A stretch of 64,000 bases of DNA, taken from contig JANQNU010000026.1 in NCBI GenBank assembly GCA_028279405.1, positions 10,985 to 74,984 on the forward strand. Reading direction: 5' to 3'. The stretch comes from Phycisphaerae bacterium. Lineage in GTDB: Bacteria > Planctomycetota > Phycisphaerae > UBA1845 > Fen-1342. Both the position numbers and the translations under genes were made by a program. How positions within the stretch are numbered: the first letter of the stretch is position 1; every line of letters starts with the position of its first letter. Below, one piece after another: positions 16,883 to 25,684 of the stretch. The notes under the pieces are model-generated. The model was not told where the DNA came from. It worked only from the letters and a program-made list of their open reading frames with translations, and did no database searches.

Positions 16883-18067
16883 ATGAGCATTGCCCCGAAT
16901 GCGACATCTACCGACACGGAACTGCTCCCGATCCGCGAGAAGGTCCAAGCGAACCAACGCTTGAGCCGTGAAGACGGGCTGGCGCTTTATCGGACGAAGG
17001 ACATCTTTACGCTAGGCGAACTCGCCACGATCGCGCGTGAGCGTCGGCACGGTCGGCTGGCGTACTACAACATCAACCGGCATATCAACTACACCAATTT
17101 TTGTGTCTTGCGCTGCAAGTTCTGCTCGTTCTATCGCCCGTGGTCCAAGGAGCCGACCGAGAACACGGCGGATACGTACGAGCTGACGGTCGACGAGATC
17201 GTGGAGATCGCGGCCCAGGCCTACGATCAGGGGGCGACCGAGGTTCATATCGTCGGCGGCCTGCATCCGAAGCTGCCGTTCGACTACTACCTGGATATGT
17301 GTCGCGGCATCAAGGCCCGCTGTCCGGGGTTGCGCCTGAAGGCGTTCACGGCGATCGAGATCGTGCACTTTACGCGGATTGCTCGACCGCGCATGAGCAT
17401 CGCGGAGGTGTTGACGGCGTTGCGCGACGCGGGGCTCGATACGCTTCCCGGCGGGGGAGCGGAGATCTTCGATCAGCGCGTCCATGACGAGGCCTTCAAA
17501 AACAAGGTCGGCGAGGCCGAGTGGTTCGATGTTCATCGTACGGCACACGAACTCGGAATTCCCACCAACGCGACGATGCTCTACGGGCACATCGACGGGC
17601 ATGCGGAGCGAATCGAGCATCTGATCAAGCTCCGGGACCACCAGGACGCGTCGCTCGCTGAGCGACAGGCCGCTTTTCAGTGCCTGATCCCGCTTTCGTT
17701 CATACCGGACGGGAGCGAGTTTGGTCATCTGCCGGGTCCGACGGGCCTTGATGACCTGAAGACCCTGGCCATCAGCCGACTGATGCTCGACAACTTCGAC
17801 CATATCAAGGCCTTCTGGATCATGCAGTCGCCGAAGCTGTCGCAGGTTGCGCTGAGTTGGGGCGTGGATGACTTTGACGGGACGGTCGTCTGGTACGACA
17901 TCACCAAGCGTGAAGGCCGCGGCACGCAGCACCAGGAGCTTTCGATCGATCAGATCGCGCGATTGATCCGCGAAGCCGGCTGCGTCCCGGTTGAGCGAGA
18001 TTCGTTCTATAACCGGATCAGGCGCGACGCGTCCGGCAAGGTGGTCGGGAGCGCAGACGGCTCATAA
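16883..18067 (+). CDS. futalosine-pathway radical SAM enzyme, MqnE/MqnC family (menaquinone biosynthesis)
   Basis: NRHINYTNFCVLRCKFCSFYR (CxxxCxxC), HIVGGLHPKLPFDYY, FTAIEI, LPGGGAEIF, NATMLYGHID. I cannot separate MqnE from MqnC by eye. Confidence 0.8.
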   Translation: MSIAPNATSTDTELLPIREKVQANQRLSREDGLALYRTKDIFTLGELATIARERRHGRLAYYNINRHINYTNFCVLRCKFCSFYRPWSKEPTENTADTYELTVDEIVEIAAQAYDQGATEVHIVGGLHPKLPFDYYLDMCRGIKARCPGLRLKAFTAIEIVHFTRIARPRMSIAEVLTALRDAGLDTLPGGGAEIFDQRVHDEAFKNKVGEAEWFDVHRTAHELGIPTNATMLYGHIDGHAERIEHLIKLRDHQDASLAERQAAFQCLIPLSFIPDGSEFGHLPGPTGLDDLKTLAISRLMLDNFDHIKAFWIMQSPKLSQVALSWGVDDFDGTVVWYDITKREGRGTQHQELSIDQIARLIREAGCVPVERDSFYNRIRRDASGKVVGSADGS

Positions 18068-18090
18068 CACACTCCACATACACGAGCGAG

Positions 18091-18477
18091 ATGCAAATGA
18101 GTGAAGAGCCCGCCCGCCTTGGCAAATGCGTTCCGAATCTGCATGTCGCGAGTGTTGCGAAGGCGCTCGAATACTACCGCGGCGCCCTCGGCTTCGCGCT
18201 CGACTGGGACGACGCGGTCATGGGGTTCGACCACATGATGTACGCGTCGATCAGCCGGGATGAGTTCCAGATCTGCCTGAGCGAGCACGAAGGCGACGGC
18301 GGAACCGGCAGTGTCTGGGGCTACGTCTCAGACGTTCATGCACTGGCGGCCGAACTGCGGGCCAGCGGGGCCATCATCGACCACGGCCCGCGGAAGATGC
18401 CGTGGGGTGACACGCAGATCCAAGTGCGCGATCCGGACGGGAACATCCTCTGCTTCAACCAGCCGCCGACAAGATAG
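18091..18477 (+). CDS. glyoxalase/bleomycin-resistance (VOC) family protein
   Basis: 128 aa. VPNLHVASVAKALEYYRGALGF near the N-terminus and MPWGDTQIQVRDPDGNILCF near the C-terminus, typical of the small VOC fold. Confidence 0.75.
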   Translation: MQMSEEPARLGKCVPNLHVASVAKALEYYRGALGFALDWDDAVMGFDHMMYASISRDEFQICLSEHEGDGGTGSVWGYVSDVHALAAELRASGAIIDHGPRKMPWGDTQIQVRDPDGNILCFNQPPTR

Positions 18478-18520
18478 TCGTCGCGACGACTTGGCGACCT
18501 CGCCGTGAGAGTCGCGCGCC

Positions 18521-19543
18521 TCAGCCGCCAAGGTCGTTCTTGAGCACGAGCCGATAGCGCGGCGATCCGTTGCGGATCTTCTCCATCGCTTCGTTGACCT
18601 GTGAGAGTGGATACTCCTCGACGGTTGGCGCGATGCGGTGGCGCCCGCAGAATGTGAGCATCTCACGAATTGTCGCCGGGCTGCCGGTGGGCGAACCGCC
18701 GATTGACTTGTCGCCCAGGATCACCGGGAACCAGGTGGCCTGCAAACTCGGAATTGCGCCAACGACGTGCAGCTTGCCGCCGGGTCGCAGGGTCGCGATG
18801 TAGGCGTCCCAGTCCAGCGGAACGTTGACGGTGACCAGCACCATATCGAACCGGTTGGCCGCGTCGGTGAGCGCCGCCGGGTCTTTTGAGTTGAGGAAGT
18901 GGTGAGCGCCCATTTCGCGTGTTTCCGCTTCCTTGCTCGGGTTGGTGGAAAATGCAGTGACTTCACAGCCCCACTTGTTCGCGAAGGCCAGCGCCATGTG
19001 GCCCAGCCCGCCGATCCCGACGACTGCGACGTGTTGGGTCGGACGGATGGCGTTGCGAATGAAGGGGTTGAAGACGGTAATGCCGCCGCAGAACAGCGGA
19101 CCGGCCGAAAGGGCGTCGACCGTTTCCGGAAGCGCGATCGCCCAGACGGCTTGGCAGCGCACCTTGTTCGCGAATCCGCCGTGTCGGCCGACGATCGTGG
19201 CACCTCCGGTTTCGATCTGACCGCAGCGATGTTGGTGGCCGCCGAGGCACTCATCGCAGACGAGACACGACCGGGATGACCAGCCCAGCCCGACGCGCTG
19301 GCCGACCTGCAAATGTCCGACCGTCGGACCGGCTTGCGCGACGCGGCCGATGACCTCGTGGCCCGGGACGAATGGATAGGTCGTCAGCTCCCAGTCGTTG
19401 TCGAGCATGCTGAGGTCGCTATGGCAGACGCCGCAGTATTCGACGTCGATCTCGACCTCGTCGGGCGCGAGCGGCCCCGGATCGTACTCGAACCGCTCAA
19501 GCTGGCCCCCGGGTGCCGTCGCCGCATATGCCTGAATCGCCAT
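18521..19543 (-). CDS. zinc-dependent NAD(P)-alcohol dehydrogenase (cinnamyl-ADH/YahK-like)
   Basis: YCGVCHSDL, PFVPGHEVIGRV, CDECLGGHQHRC (structural Zn), GIGGLGHMALAFA. I trimmed the start to the ATG at 19543 (MAIQAYA), which has AAGGAGA just upstream. The track ORF extends to 19675. Confidence 0.9.
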   Translation of the reverse strand: MAIQAYAATAPGGQLERFEYDPGPLAPDEVEIDVEYCGVCHSDLSMLDNDWELTTYPFVPGHEVIGRVAQAGPTVGHLQVGQRVGLGWSSRSCLVCDECLGGHQHRCGQIETGGATIVGRHGGFANKVRCQAVWAIALPETVDALSAGPLFCGGITVFNPFIRNAIRPTQHVAVVGIGGLGHMALAFANKWGCEVTAFSTNPSKEAETREMGAHHFLNSKDPAALTDAANRFDMVLVTVNVPLDWDAYIATLRPGGKLHVVGAIPSLQATWFPVILGDKSIGGSPTGSPATIREMLTFCGRHRIAPTVEEYPLSQVNEAMEKIRNGSPRYRLVLKNDLGG

Positions 19544-19723
19544 GGTCTTCCATCTCCTTTGTCGTGCCGGCGTGCTGCGGCCGGTGTGCCGTTGTGAGAT
19601 GGTTGGAGTGTAGTCCGGCGGGTTGGTTTTTCTGGAGGAATGGCGGCAACGCGGCGCAAACAATCGGTGCGCCAAACCGCGGTCTGCGTTTTCATGACCG
19701 CAACCCCCGGGAGGCCGGCCCCC

Positions 19724-20914
19724 CTAACCGAACCGTCCGCGCTCGCGGGCTTCGCCGGTCTTGAAGAGCGGTTTCTGGAAGTCACGAACGTAGCCCTTCG
19801 ACTGGAAGTACTCCATCGCTTCTTCAGTGCTCGCGAACACACGTGTCGCGGTCTCGGTGATGAACGGGCTCGGCTCGGCCTTGGGGTGCCAGACGACGTA
19901 CACCTCCTTGGTCGTCTCGAATGCGTGGTGCAGCTCGCGCTCGACGCCGGAAGAGAGGCCGGGTTTGCCGTTGGGAAGCTCGGGAATCAGACTGACGATC
20001 ATGTCGCTCTGGTCGATCAGCTTGAAGTCGCGGGCGTAGATCTGGGCGTCGATGTCGCGGGCCACACTGGTTACATCGTGGGCCCGGAACTTCATTTGCC
20101 GACCGTTGACTTCGACCTCGAAGAACTCTTCGCCGCGCTGGGTCGCCGCCCCCGCCTCGAACAACAGTCGTTTTTCGTCGAGGTCGCCGGGATCGAACGT
20201 GATGAAATGGTCGGCGATCGCGGCGCGAAACGCGTCGATCTCCGCCAGCGTGTCCGGCAAGTCCATCACGTGCGTCATCGGGAAACTCGGATAGACGCGC
20301 TTCGTTTCCGGCTTGAAGATCAGTCGATAGAGGCTCTCGATCGTGTTGTCCTCGATGCCGCGGGCGAATACGTAGAAGCCGCCGTGGCCGCGGATCGCGT
20401 TCGCGAGGATCTCAGTCGCGAGGATCTCTTCTTCGCGCCAGACCATGATGTCCTTGAGCGTGTGCGGCAGGTCGTGGTCGCGGACCAGGCGCTCGTGCAC
20501 CGCGTCAACATTATCCACCAGTGTGATGTACAAGTCCGCGTCGATCGCGGCCATCTGGTCATGGTCGAACGCCGGGAACAGCCCATGCTTCCATCGAAAC
20601 GCGGCGTGGGTGTTGATCACGATCGTCTCGTGGCGATCGGCGTCGGCCAGCACGTCCTTGAAGACGGAGCGGCGCAGCGAATTGAGCCGAGCCAGTGGAA
20701 GGTCGAGGATGCGACCGGGACGCACATCGGGCGCCTCGGCGTACATCATGTCGCCGATATGGAAGAGTTTGCACGGATTCTGGCGCTCTTCCGCGAGTTT
20801 GGCGAGCTTTTCGAGAAAGGGCTTTTTGTCGACGCCGACCTGACCGGTGACGACAACGCGACGGTTCGAATGGCGCGGCGGACGAAAAAGCGGTCCAGGG
20901 GCCTCAGGCGGCAT
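19724..20914 (-). CDS. fusion protein: archaeal-type adenylate-kinase-like N-domain plus nucleoside 2-deoxyribosyltransferase-like C-domain
   Basis: 396-aa ORF with G/C-rich third positions. N-half: VVVTGQVGVDKK at the P-loop position, then INTHAAFRWKHGLFPAFDHDQM..DADLYITLVDNVDAVHERL, which follows the AdkA layout as I remember it. C-half: RVYPSFPM..., then DQSDMIVSLIP..GKPGLSSGVERELHHA, which resembles the NDT-like Rossmann fold. Confidence 0.6.
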   Translation of the reverse strand: MPPEAPGPLFRPPRHSNRRVVVTGQVGVDKKPFLEKLAKLAEERQNPCKLFHIGDMMYAEAPDVRPGRILDLPLARLNSLRRSVFKDVLADADRHETIVINTHAAFRWKHGLFPAFDHDQMAAIDADLYITLVDNVDAVHERLVRDHDLPHTLKDIMVWREEEILATEILANAIRGHGGFYVFARGIEDNTIESLYRLIFKPETKRVYPSFPMTHVMDLPDTLAEIDAFRAAIADHFITFDPGDLDEKRLLFEAGAATQRGEEFFEVEVNGRQMKFRAHDVTSVARDIDAQIYARDFKLIDQSDMIVSLIPELPNGKPGLSSGVERELHHAFETTKEVYVVWHPKAEPSPFITETATRVFASTEEAMEYFQSKGYVRDFQKPLFKTGEARERGRFG

Positions 20915-20984
20915 GACACGGCTCCATCAAGCTAGCTGACAAATACTACCGTTGACAGTGTATCGGTTCGGGGACGCTGAAGCA

Positions 20985-21295
20985 CGCGACAGAGAGCAAG
21001 CTCCTTTTTACGCGGTCTGTGTCTGCACCAAAGGCTGGGCGGGGGATCGTGTTTGCCCAACCAATCAATTGTGTCCCCCAGGGTAGAACCCTGGGGCACC
21101 GACCCGCCGTTGACCGCTCGCTCGCGCTCGCGGCTCGCGTCAGCGTCCTTGGCCAGAACAAAACGAGCCCCGAGCGATAGCGAGGGGACCCGGCGGTTTT
21201 CCCGTGGCCGGCGATGATGTGGCCACGTCGTCTGTCAAAGATCCCTAGCACCGCTGGGACCCGTCGCTTGCGCTCCGGGCTCGCATCAGCTTTCC
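20985..21295. repeat. mosaic GC-rich hairpin repeat cluster (locus 2)
   Basis: gtgtcccccagggtagaaccctggggcacc (21071-21100) is the reverse complement of 57086-57115 (29 of 30 identical). gagccccgagcgatagcgagggg lies at 21165-21187. cccgtcgcttgcgctccgggctcg (21260-21283) matches 57478-57501 in direct orientation. Confidence 0.75.
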
Positions 21296-21361
21296 TTGGC
21301 CCCAACAGCACACCGCGATCGCAAGCGCCGTCGTTCGGTGCGATTCGCCCGTTCGTCAAGG

Positions 21362-22354
21362 TCAGTTTCGGAATTGTGGGGTCCAGGGCACATCCTGGCC
21401 GTTGCCGGTCCAGAGCCGGTTGTCGCCAAGAAAACCGACACGTCCGTCGGATTCGAGTCGGTAGCCCAGTTCGCGCGCGGTCTGCGCGGCGCCGTGGCCG
21501 TCAACCCACAGCACGGCGGCACGGCCACGGTGACGCTCGTGGACGCTGGTGCGCGATTGGGGCGAGCGGTCGAGATTCGCCATCTCGCCGTTCGCGGTGT
21601 CGACCCAGGGCGGATCGAGGTTGAATCCCTCGTTGCCGAAACGCTCGGCGTCGCGGGCGTCGTCCTCGTACGGTTGTCGCTGGCCCGGCGGCCAGGAAGC
21701 GGCCGTCCCCATACAGTCCGCGACGGCAACGGTGTCGGCGGGCCGTTTGATCGTCGAAATCTGGACGGGCCAGTTCTTGTACGAGGTGAGGATCGCGGGA
21801 TCGCTGAGCCGCGAATTCCCGAGAAACTGATAGTTGTAGCCGTACGCGCCGTTGCGCTCATCGGTCCACTCCGGTACTTCGGGGCAGACATAGACGGCAT
21901 CGTCGTAGTTTTGTCGATCGCCATCTTCGCCGAAACGATCGACCAGATTGCCGCAGCGCTGCGGGTCAGCGAACGGGGCCGCGTTGACGCCGCTGCTCAT
22001 CAGGGTACAGAAGGTCGGGCGGTACTTGAGGGCGCCACCCCGGATGGCGCTGACACTATTACAGTCATCAATCTTCGGAAGCCGACCCGGAGGGAGGACA
22101 TCACTGTATTCGCCGGCGTAGTTGGCCATTCCCTGGCCCAGGCCGCGGAGATTCGCGAGGCACTGCACGCGGCGCGCCTGCTGCCGGGCACCGGATAATG
22201 CGGGCAGCAGAATCGCCACCAGCAGGCCGATAATGCCGACGACGATCAGCAATTCGAGGAGCGTGAATCCCCCGCTTTGCCGCCGCGAACGTAAAGGCTG
22301 GTGAAACACCTGATCTCCGGAATCGTCGCTGCCGACAGCTCGCTGTGCCGACAT
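21362..22354 (-). CDS. DUF1559-type protein with prepilin-like N-terminal cleavage/methylation helix and H-X9-DG motif
   Basis: GGFTLLELLIVVGIIGLLVAILLPAL (a G|F prepilin peptidase-type site). C-terminal HRGRAAVLWVDG fits H-X9-DG. I trimmed the start to the ATG at 22354, which has GAGGTG upstream. Confidence 0.85.
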   Translation of the reverse strand: MSAQRAVGSDDSGDQVFHQPLRSRRQSGGFTLLELLIVVGIIGLLVAILLPALSGARQQARRVQCLANLRGLGQGMANYAGEYSDVLPPGRLPKIDDCNSVSAIRGGALKYRPTFCTLMSSGVNAAPFADPQRCGNLVDRFGEDGDRQNYDDAVYVCPEVPEWTDERNGAYGYNYQFLGNSRLSDPAILTSYKNWPVQISTIKRPADTVAVADCMGTAASWPPGQRQPYEDDARDAERFGNEGFNLDPPWVDTANGEMANLDRSPQSRTSVHERHRGRAAVLWVDGHGAAQTARELGYRLESDGRVGFLGDNRLWTGNGQDVPWTPQFRN

Positions 22355-22456
22355 AAGGCCCACCTCAGTGTAGACGCCGATCCATGCCCGAGACAAGGAA
22401 AACCGGGGCCAAGCTCCTACTTGTGTTTAGGTGCGGGGGGGATCGGACTTGATCAA

Positions 22457-22790
22457 GCGCACGTCCCCAACACTGAGCGGACAAGGGGGCAGTGGAGGGC
22501 TTCGCATGAACTGGGTGGCACTGGTAGCTTGCTACCAGTGGTCGGAGGGTGCTTGCGCGGCGTTCGCTGAATCCACTAGCGACTCGATCATCCGCACGTT
22601 CCCAACACTGGCGGACAAGGGGGCATTGCCCCTTTGCATTGCCAGTGCCACCCGACGCGCTCGCGGCTCGCTGTGGTCAGCGTCGGGTTCTCGTCGTGGC
22701 CTGTGGCGTAGACACAGGCCTCGTGGAGGGAGCTTGCTCCCCCCTCGCTCGCGCTCGGGGCCCGTTGTGGTCAACGTCGGGTTCAGTCCG
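22457..22790. repeat. mosaic GC-rich hairpin repeat cluster (locus 3)
   Basis: Direct repeat gcacgt(c/t)cccaacactg(a)gcggacaagggggca at 22457-22491 and 22592-22625. Hairpins CACTGGTAGC-tt-GCTACCAGTG (22519-22540) and GGCCTGTG-gcgtaga-CACAGGCC (22698-22720). The 34-nt gggagcttgctcccccctcgctcgcgctcggggc (22728-22761) is the exact reverse complement of 57338-57371. Confidence 0.8.
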
Positions 22791-22969
22791 AGATGAACTG
22801 GCGCACGATCGGGGCTGTGGCGCCCCTTTTCAATCGGCCGCGAACCGGTCAGACTCCGGCCTCGTATCGTCTTGGCCCTCAGGCGTTGGAAGCGCTCATT
22901 CGCGATAGGCATCAGCGGGCGAATGGTCCTATTCATGGGACGACCCGCTACTCAAACGGCAGACAGCTC

Positions 22970-24877
22970 ATGTGCGGCATCGCCGGAATCCTGCAACTCG
23001 AGGAACGCGCCACACCGGTTGACGAGGGTGCGCTGCGTCCGATGGCGTCCGCGTTGCGGCACCGGGGTCCCGATGACGAGGGCCTCTATTGTGATCCGCG
23101 CGGTCGGTGCGGGCTCGCGTTTCGGCGACTGTCAGTCATCGATCTAGCGCTCGGCAGACAGCCGATTCGTAACGAGGACGGAACCGTCTGGCTCGTCTTC
23201 AACGGCGAAATCTACAACTTCCGTACGCTCCGAGCCGATCTGGAGGCCCGCGGGCACCGTTTCGCAACCGCTTCCGACAGCGAAGTGATCGTTCACCTCT
23301 ACGAAGAGCACGGTGCAGATTGCTTTGCTCTGCTGGAGGGGATGTTCGCAATTGCCATTTGGGACGAGCGCACCGCCGTGCTCACGCTTGCGCGGGACCG
23401 GCTCGGTCAGAAGCCGTTGGCGTACGCTGTCCATAATGGCCGGTTGCGGTTTGCGAGCGAACTCAAGGCGATCATAGCGGATGATTCGGTGCCGCGGGTC
23501 GTGGACCCGGCTGCATTGCACGCGTACCTGCTGTGGCAATACGTGCCGGCGCCGCAGGCGATCTACCGCGGATTCGTCAAACTACCGCCTGGGCACCTGC
23601 TGGAGGTGCGCCCCGGGCAGCCGCTCGGTAGTCCGCGACCTTTCTGGAGCGTCCCACGGCCTACGCAAACCGAAATGCGTTACGAAGATGCGCGAGAACA
23701 GCTCGGCGAGTTGCTGACACGCGCGGTCGAGAAACGCCTCATCGCGGATGTTCCGTTGGGGGCATTTCTCTCCGGCGGGATCGATTCGTCGCTGGTCGTT
23801 GCCCTGATGCGCAAACTCGGCGTATCGCCTTTGCGGACCTTCACGATCGGATTCTCGGAGTCGGCGTACGATGAAACGACGTTCGCTCGACAGATCGCGG
23901 CACGCTTCGAGACCGAGCATCACGAGCAGGTGGTGACCCCACAAGCGACCGAGGTGTTTGACACGCTGGCATGGCACTACGATGAGCCGTTCGCGGACTC
24001 GTCGGCGATCCCGACCTACTACCTCGCGCGTTGGACTCGGGAGCACGTAACGGTGGCGCTGACCGGCGACGCCGGCGACGAGTGTTTTGGGGGCTATGAC
24101 CGCTATCGCGCGGCACTGGTCGGGGCACGGGCCGACTGGTTGCCTGGCTGGCTGCGGACGTTGGGCGCTGTCGCAGCCGAACGGCTACCCGGCGGCAGCG
24201 CGAAGTCGCTGTCGAGCCGCGCTCGGCGGTTCTTCACAGCGCTGGCGCTACCGGCTGCACAGCGTTACTGCTCGTGGGTCAACGTGTTTCCGCCAACGAT
24301 GCTCCGCGCGGGGTATCGACGGTCGTTCCTGGAGACGGCCCGCTTCGATGAGCCGCTAGCGTCGTTCCTGCAGCTTTACGATGCGCCGTCCTCCGCCGAC
24401 GCCGCCCAACGATGTGCGTGGGTCGACCTCCAAACCTACTTGCCGTTCGATCTGCTGACCAAGGTCGATATCGCGTCGATGGCCTGCGGACTCGAATGCC
24501 GATCGCCGATGCTTGACCATGATGTGGTCGCGTTCGCGCAGGGCCTACCGAGCGCCTGGAAGCTGGGGGCGGGTGGCAGCAAGCGGATTCTGAAGGACTG
24601 GGCGCGCGATCTGCTTCCCGCAGAGATCCTGAAGCGCCCGAAGATGGGCTTCGGCGTTCCGGTGGGCGAGTGGTTCCGCGGACCGTTGCGCGGCGTGCTC
24701 GAGGAAACGGTGCTGCATCCCGACGGAATCTGTGCGTGCGTCTTTGAGCGGAGTTGGCTCGAACGGCTGGTGCAATCCCACGTCGGCGGCAAGGAGCGTC
24801 ACGATCACCGGCTCTGGTCGCTGCTGATGCTCTCGCGCTGGGCGTCGTGCTGGGAAGCGGAGCTGGAACTCGGCTGA
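22970..24877 (+). CDS. asnB: asparagine synthase (glutamine-hydrolysing) family protein
   Basis: I trimmed the start to MCGIAGIL (Cys2 nucleophile of class II amidotransferases) at 22970. Other motifs: FNGEIYNF and the PP-loop LSGGIDSS. The track ORF starts 59 codons upstream. Confidence 0.9.
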   Translation: MCGIAGILQLEERATPVDEGALRPMASALRHRGPDDEGLYCDPRGRCGLAFRRLSVIDLALGRQPIRNEDGTVWLVFNGEIYNFRTLRADLEARGHRFATASDSEVIVHLYEEHGADCFALLEGMFAIAIWDERTAVLTLARDRLGQKPLAYAVHNGRLRFASELKAIIADDSVPRVVDPAALHAYLLWQYVPAPQAIYRGFVKLPPGHLLEVRPGQPLGSPRPFWSVPRPTQTEMRYEDAREQLGELLTRAVEKRLIADVPLGAFLSGGIDSSLVVALMRKLGVSPLRTFTIGFSESAYDETTFARQIAARFETEHHEQVVTPQATEVFDTLAWHYDEPFADSSAIPTYYLARWTREHVTVALTGDAGDECFGGYDRYRAALVGARADWLPGWLRTLGAVAAERLPGGSAKSLSSRARRFFTALALPAAQRYCSWVNVFPPTMLRAGYRRSFLETARFDEPLASFLQLYDAPSSADAAQRCAWVDLQTYLPFDLLTKVDIASMACGLECRSPMLDHDVVAFAQGLPSAWKLGAGGSKRILKDWARDLLPAEILKRPKMGFGVPVGEWFRGPLRGVLEETVLHPDGICACVFERSWLERLVQSHVGGKERHDHRLWSLLMLSRWASCWEAELELG

Positions 24878-24984
24878 GGCGGGTCGCGCTCTTCCGCCAC
24901 GATCCACGACGTGAGGAGTATCAAGGTCACAACCACCGTCAGTACGCCGCCCGCAAGGACGAACAGGTCGTATGCATCGTGCAT
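24805..24984 (-). CDS. possible 59-aa small membrane protein (below track cutoff), overlapping the asnB 3' end
   Basis: ATG at 24984-24982: MHDAYDLFVLAGGVLTVVVTLILLTSWIVAEERDPPQPSSS... It has a clear TM helix encoded in the intergenic part and a low-complexity tail antisense to asnB. Weak GAAAGG upstream. Confidence 0.25.
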   Translation of the reverse strand: MHDAYDLFVLAGGVLTVVVTLILLTSWIVAEERDPPQPSSSSASQHDAQRESISSDQSR

Positions 24985-25110
24985 GGAAGTCGCCTTTCAG
25001 GACCGTTGGCGCTCAACGGTGCGCGACTTTACCCCCGCAGCGGCGGCCCTACAATCAGGTTTTCGGCACCCAGACCCAACGGGACGACCGGTCCCTAACG
25101 CGGACGAAGC

Positions 25111-25617
25111 ATGCAACCGATCGTTCAGGATCCTCGACAGCGCGCCGTACGCGACCGTGCCGCGGAACGGATAGCGGCGACACGCCGACGTAGGATCGTG
25201 CGAAATCTCGTGATCTTCGTACTCGCCACCGGCTTCATGGGTTATCTCTCGATTCTCAACCGCGACCATCAGGCGTTCGTCGCGGACCAACGGCGGATGG
25301 TCTTCTGGCGCGACCAACTGAACGATGCACGGCAAGCCGGACAGCAAGCCCCGGCCACACTGCCGATCCCGCGCGGCGACTCGAAGGGTGTGCGCGAGAC
25401 GCACATCTACCAATCGCTGTATGATGATGTGCAGCAGAGCCGTCGCCGCGATACTGCCGTCGTCTATCGATACGTGCCGGTTTCGTTCTTCCTGCGACCC
25501 GCCGGCCGGCATGTGCTCGTCTTCGACGGCAAGGAGCTACGCATCATGTGGATTCCGGAGTCAGAAATCGACGAGCAGGCTGCTGCGCTGGGAATGCGCC
25601 GAGCGCGGCCCGATTAG
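25111..25617 (+). CDS. hypothetical single-pass membrane protein
   Basis: 168-aa ORF. Basic N-terminus, then TM VRNLVIFVLATGFMGYLSIL. I recognised no family motif. It is co-oriented with lysA and ribF. Confidence 0.45.
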   Translation: MQPIVQDPRQRAVRDRAAERIAATRRRRIVRNLVIFVLATGFMGYLSILNRDHQAFVADQRRMVFWRDQLNDARQAGQQAPATLPIPRGDSKGVRETHIYQSLYDDVQQSRRRDTAVVYRYVPVSFFLRPAGRHVLVFDGKELRIMWIPESEIDEQAAALGMRRARPD

Positions 25618-25684
25618 ATTGCACGCCGTTCGGCATTGGGAGCGATTCGGCAAACAAACGGCTCCGGCAGAATAAGGACGACAG

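Noticed and set aside
18521-19675. N-terminal extensions of track ORFs: ADH 18521-19675, frr 56379-57278, asnB-type 22793-24877, clpS 40224-40658, S8 protease 30729-34805, LOR/SDH 59063-60457, and others
   Set aside because: Family-typical N-termini (MAIQAYA.., MAADGIL.., MCGIAG.., MSEQ.., signal peptides) begin at internal ATGs, most preceded by Shine-Dalgarno-like purine runs where I checked. The upstream extensions are Arg/Pro-rich and in some cases run into repeat DNA.
19640-20935. 431-aa plus-strand ORF covering the same DNA as the AdkA-like/NDT-like gene
   Set aside because: The minus-strand frame has interpretable domain motifs and G/C-biased third positions. The plus-strand product (…LEVLHRFFSAREHTCRGLGDERARLGLGVPDDVHLLGRLE…) looks like typical antisense translation.
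20985-22790. Possibility that the repeat-flanked DUF1559 gene is an integron cassette with attC sites
   Set aside because: I could not find the RYYYAAC / GTTRRRY core sites. No integrase or attI is present. The same repeat modules also occur at loci that do not bracket a cassette-like gene.
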